Shown here: positions 62,493 through 64,000 of the stretch, piece by piece | Layout: every line of letters starts with the position of its first letter | Position numbering within the stretch: position 1 is the first letter of the stretch | NCBI GenBank assembly: GCA_026026165.1 | Contig: JAPEUD010000006.1 | Coordinates: forward strand, 434,001-498,000 | Source: Sarea resinae | Taxonomy: Eukaryota | Reading direction: 5' to 3' | Length of the DNA stretch: 64,000 nt | Made by a program: the position numbers and the translations under genes | The notes under the pieces: generated by a model | Databases searched by the model: none | Told to the model about the DNA's origin: nothing | Seen by the model: the letters and a program-made list of their open reading frames with translations, nothing else

Positions 62493-64000
62493 TCTGATCG
62501 AGGTGGTGCACTATGCGCTGCTGCTGATGACGATCAACGTATCGGAGACAGCAGCGAGGGATAGGTGGTGAGGTGGTGCTCTGCGTCAACAAGAGCGCGC
62601 GATCCGGTTCAGAGCAAGCAGTGGAGGCAGGCAGTGGAGGCAATGCGAAGCAAAAAAGAAGACTGGTACGGGCAGAAGCACGAGAAAAAGGCCAGAAATG
62701 AGATGGTAGGGTGACGAGGGCACGATGCAGTAGATGTATGGCCAATGCCAATCAATGGCGATGAGTGCCCGATCGAGATCCGTTAGTTCTGTTTTATGTA
62801 TGGCCGGAGCAGTCGTCGAGTGCGGATGTAGGGCAGAGCGATAACTGTGCAGGCTGACGAGCAGACGAGCAGACGAGCAGACGAGCTGAGAGCAGGCGAG
62901 CCGTCGTGCAATGGCGCGATGTGCGAACAAGCAGGACTGCGCACGGTGCATCGATATCAACAGATGAGGCTAATTGCGAGGCTGCGAGCTCGACTGCTTC
63001 CAAGACGACGATTACCTTACGAGTCTACAGCGTACGACTACCGAGATGCTGCACTGACGCTCCAGCAATCCTATTCCGCTCTCCCACTTGCCGTGTCTCA
63101 GCTCGTCCACTGCTCTGGGAGAGGGGGAGAGAAGAGGCAGAGGGAAGGATGGCGTGGGGAGGAACAAATGCGGGGCGGAGACGTCGAGTATTCGTCCTGT
63201 GGGATTTCTTCGCACAGCGTATGTAGTACTGCGCATCTCCGCCCAAGAGATGCTGCGAGTCGATCAGTAGAGGACTGCATCCAGAACCGCGTTCCGAACT
63301 ACCTACGGCCTACAGTAGCTGATTTGGGCTTTGGCCACGGACGGAGAGTCAGGGAGCAGCCACGTGCTGTCGTCAAGCGTCAGGGCAAAACGTCGGACAA
63401 TTTGGATGCTCAGGGATGTTCAGCGACAAATCCACGAGTTCTTGGCGCCGGAGAGAGGTCCGAGAAGTGGAGAAGTCGAAGAATGCGAGGAGATACGGAG
63501 TATCACTATGGAGTTCTCCGAGTACAGTCGAGGACTACGTACGATAGGGGAGCGTGGGAGACACATCCATAAAAGGGAGGCAACATCCACCGCCCAACAT
63601 CCATTCCCAACGGTAGTCGCGACTCGTAGCACTACGGAGTACGGAGTATGTAGCAGTATTGCCTCTGGACGCGCGGAATTGGTCCCTGAATCAGATAGAT
63701 GCCCGAGCTCGCTGCGCGTACTAGAGTAGCTGCGTACCCAAGGCCGTCTGGTAGGGCGACGGCATCTTCCACCCGCTCACCCGCTCACCCGCTCGCCTCG
63801 AACCAAGTGCCCGCATTTAGTAACGGGACTCAGTAACTTCCATTGGAAGGTAGTGGGCGCATCATGGAACGGAGACGACTACTCAGAGCTACAGTACAGT
63901 CGAGTACGCCGAGTAACTTCGTACGCCCAGGCGTTGTACCCCCAAAGAGCAGACATACTCGTACCGTGTACATGGCCTGCATCGAGTGACACATTGCAAC

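Noticed and set aside
62847..63572. 241-aa ORF upstream of the methyltransferase
   Set aside because: Non-ATG start, begins in a GACGAGCA repeat, and shows no coding-like composition or motif; probably promoter DNA.

Overview
Gene-dense, intron-rich DNA from a filamentous ascomycete (Pezizomycotina). I can support about 19 protein-coding genes: S10 carboxypeptidase (5'-partial), AHA1, a hypothetical membrane/coiled-coil protein, RSM7, a USP-domain protein, a QDE-1-like RNA-dependent RNA polymerase, a GH81 glucanase, prefoldin 5, UTP14, MRPL27, a HUL5/UBE3C-like HECT ligase, an MFS transporter, a large Pro/Ser-rich protein, PAB1, a Ca2+/H+ antiporter, an OYE-family oxidoreductase, a bZIP factor, an alpha/beta hydrolase and a LaeA-like methyltransferase. 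The main structure missed by the ORF track is non-coding. The apparently empty 32.4-34.4 kb interval is a minus-strand, multi-intron host gene with six intronic box C/D snoRNAs matching the yeast snR78-snR72 cluster; the snR78 and snR72 guides sit on one RNA, and there is one unexplained structured segment. A further snR40-like C/D snoRNA lies in a 5'UTR intron of AHA1. Three microsatellite/polypurine islands lie between convergent gene pairs whose 3' coding ends look GC-enriched. I saw no tRNA, rRNA, CRISPR array or intact transposon. Exon boundaries were read by eye, and rRNA target numbering is S. cerevisiae numbering recalled from knowledge, not searched.
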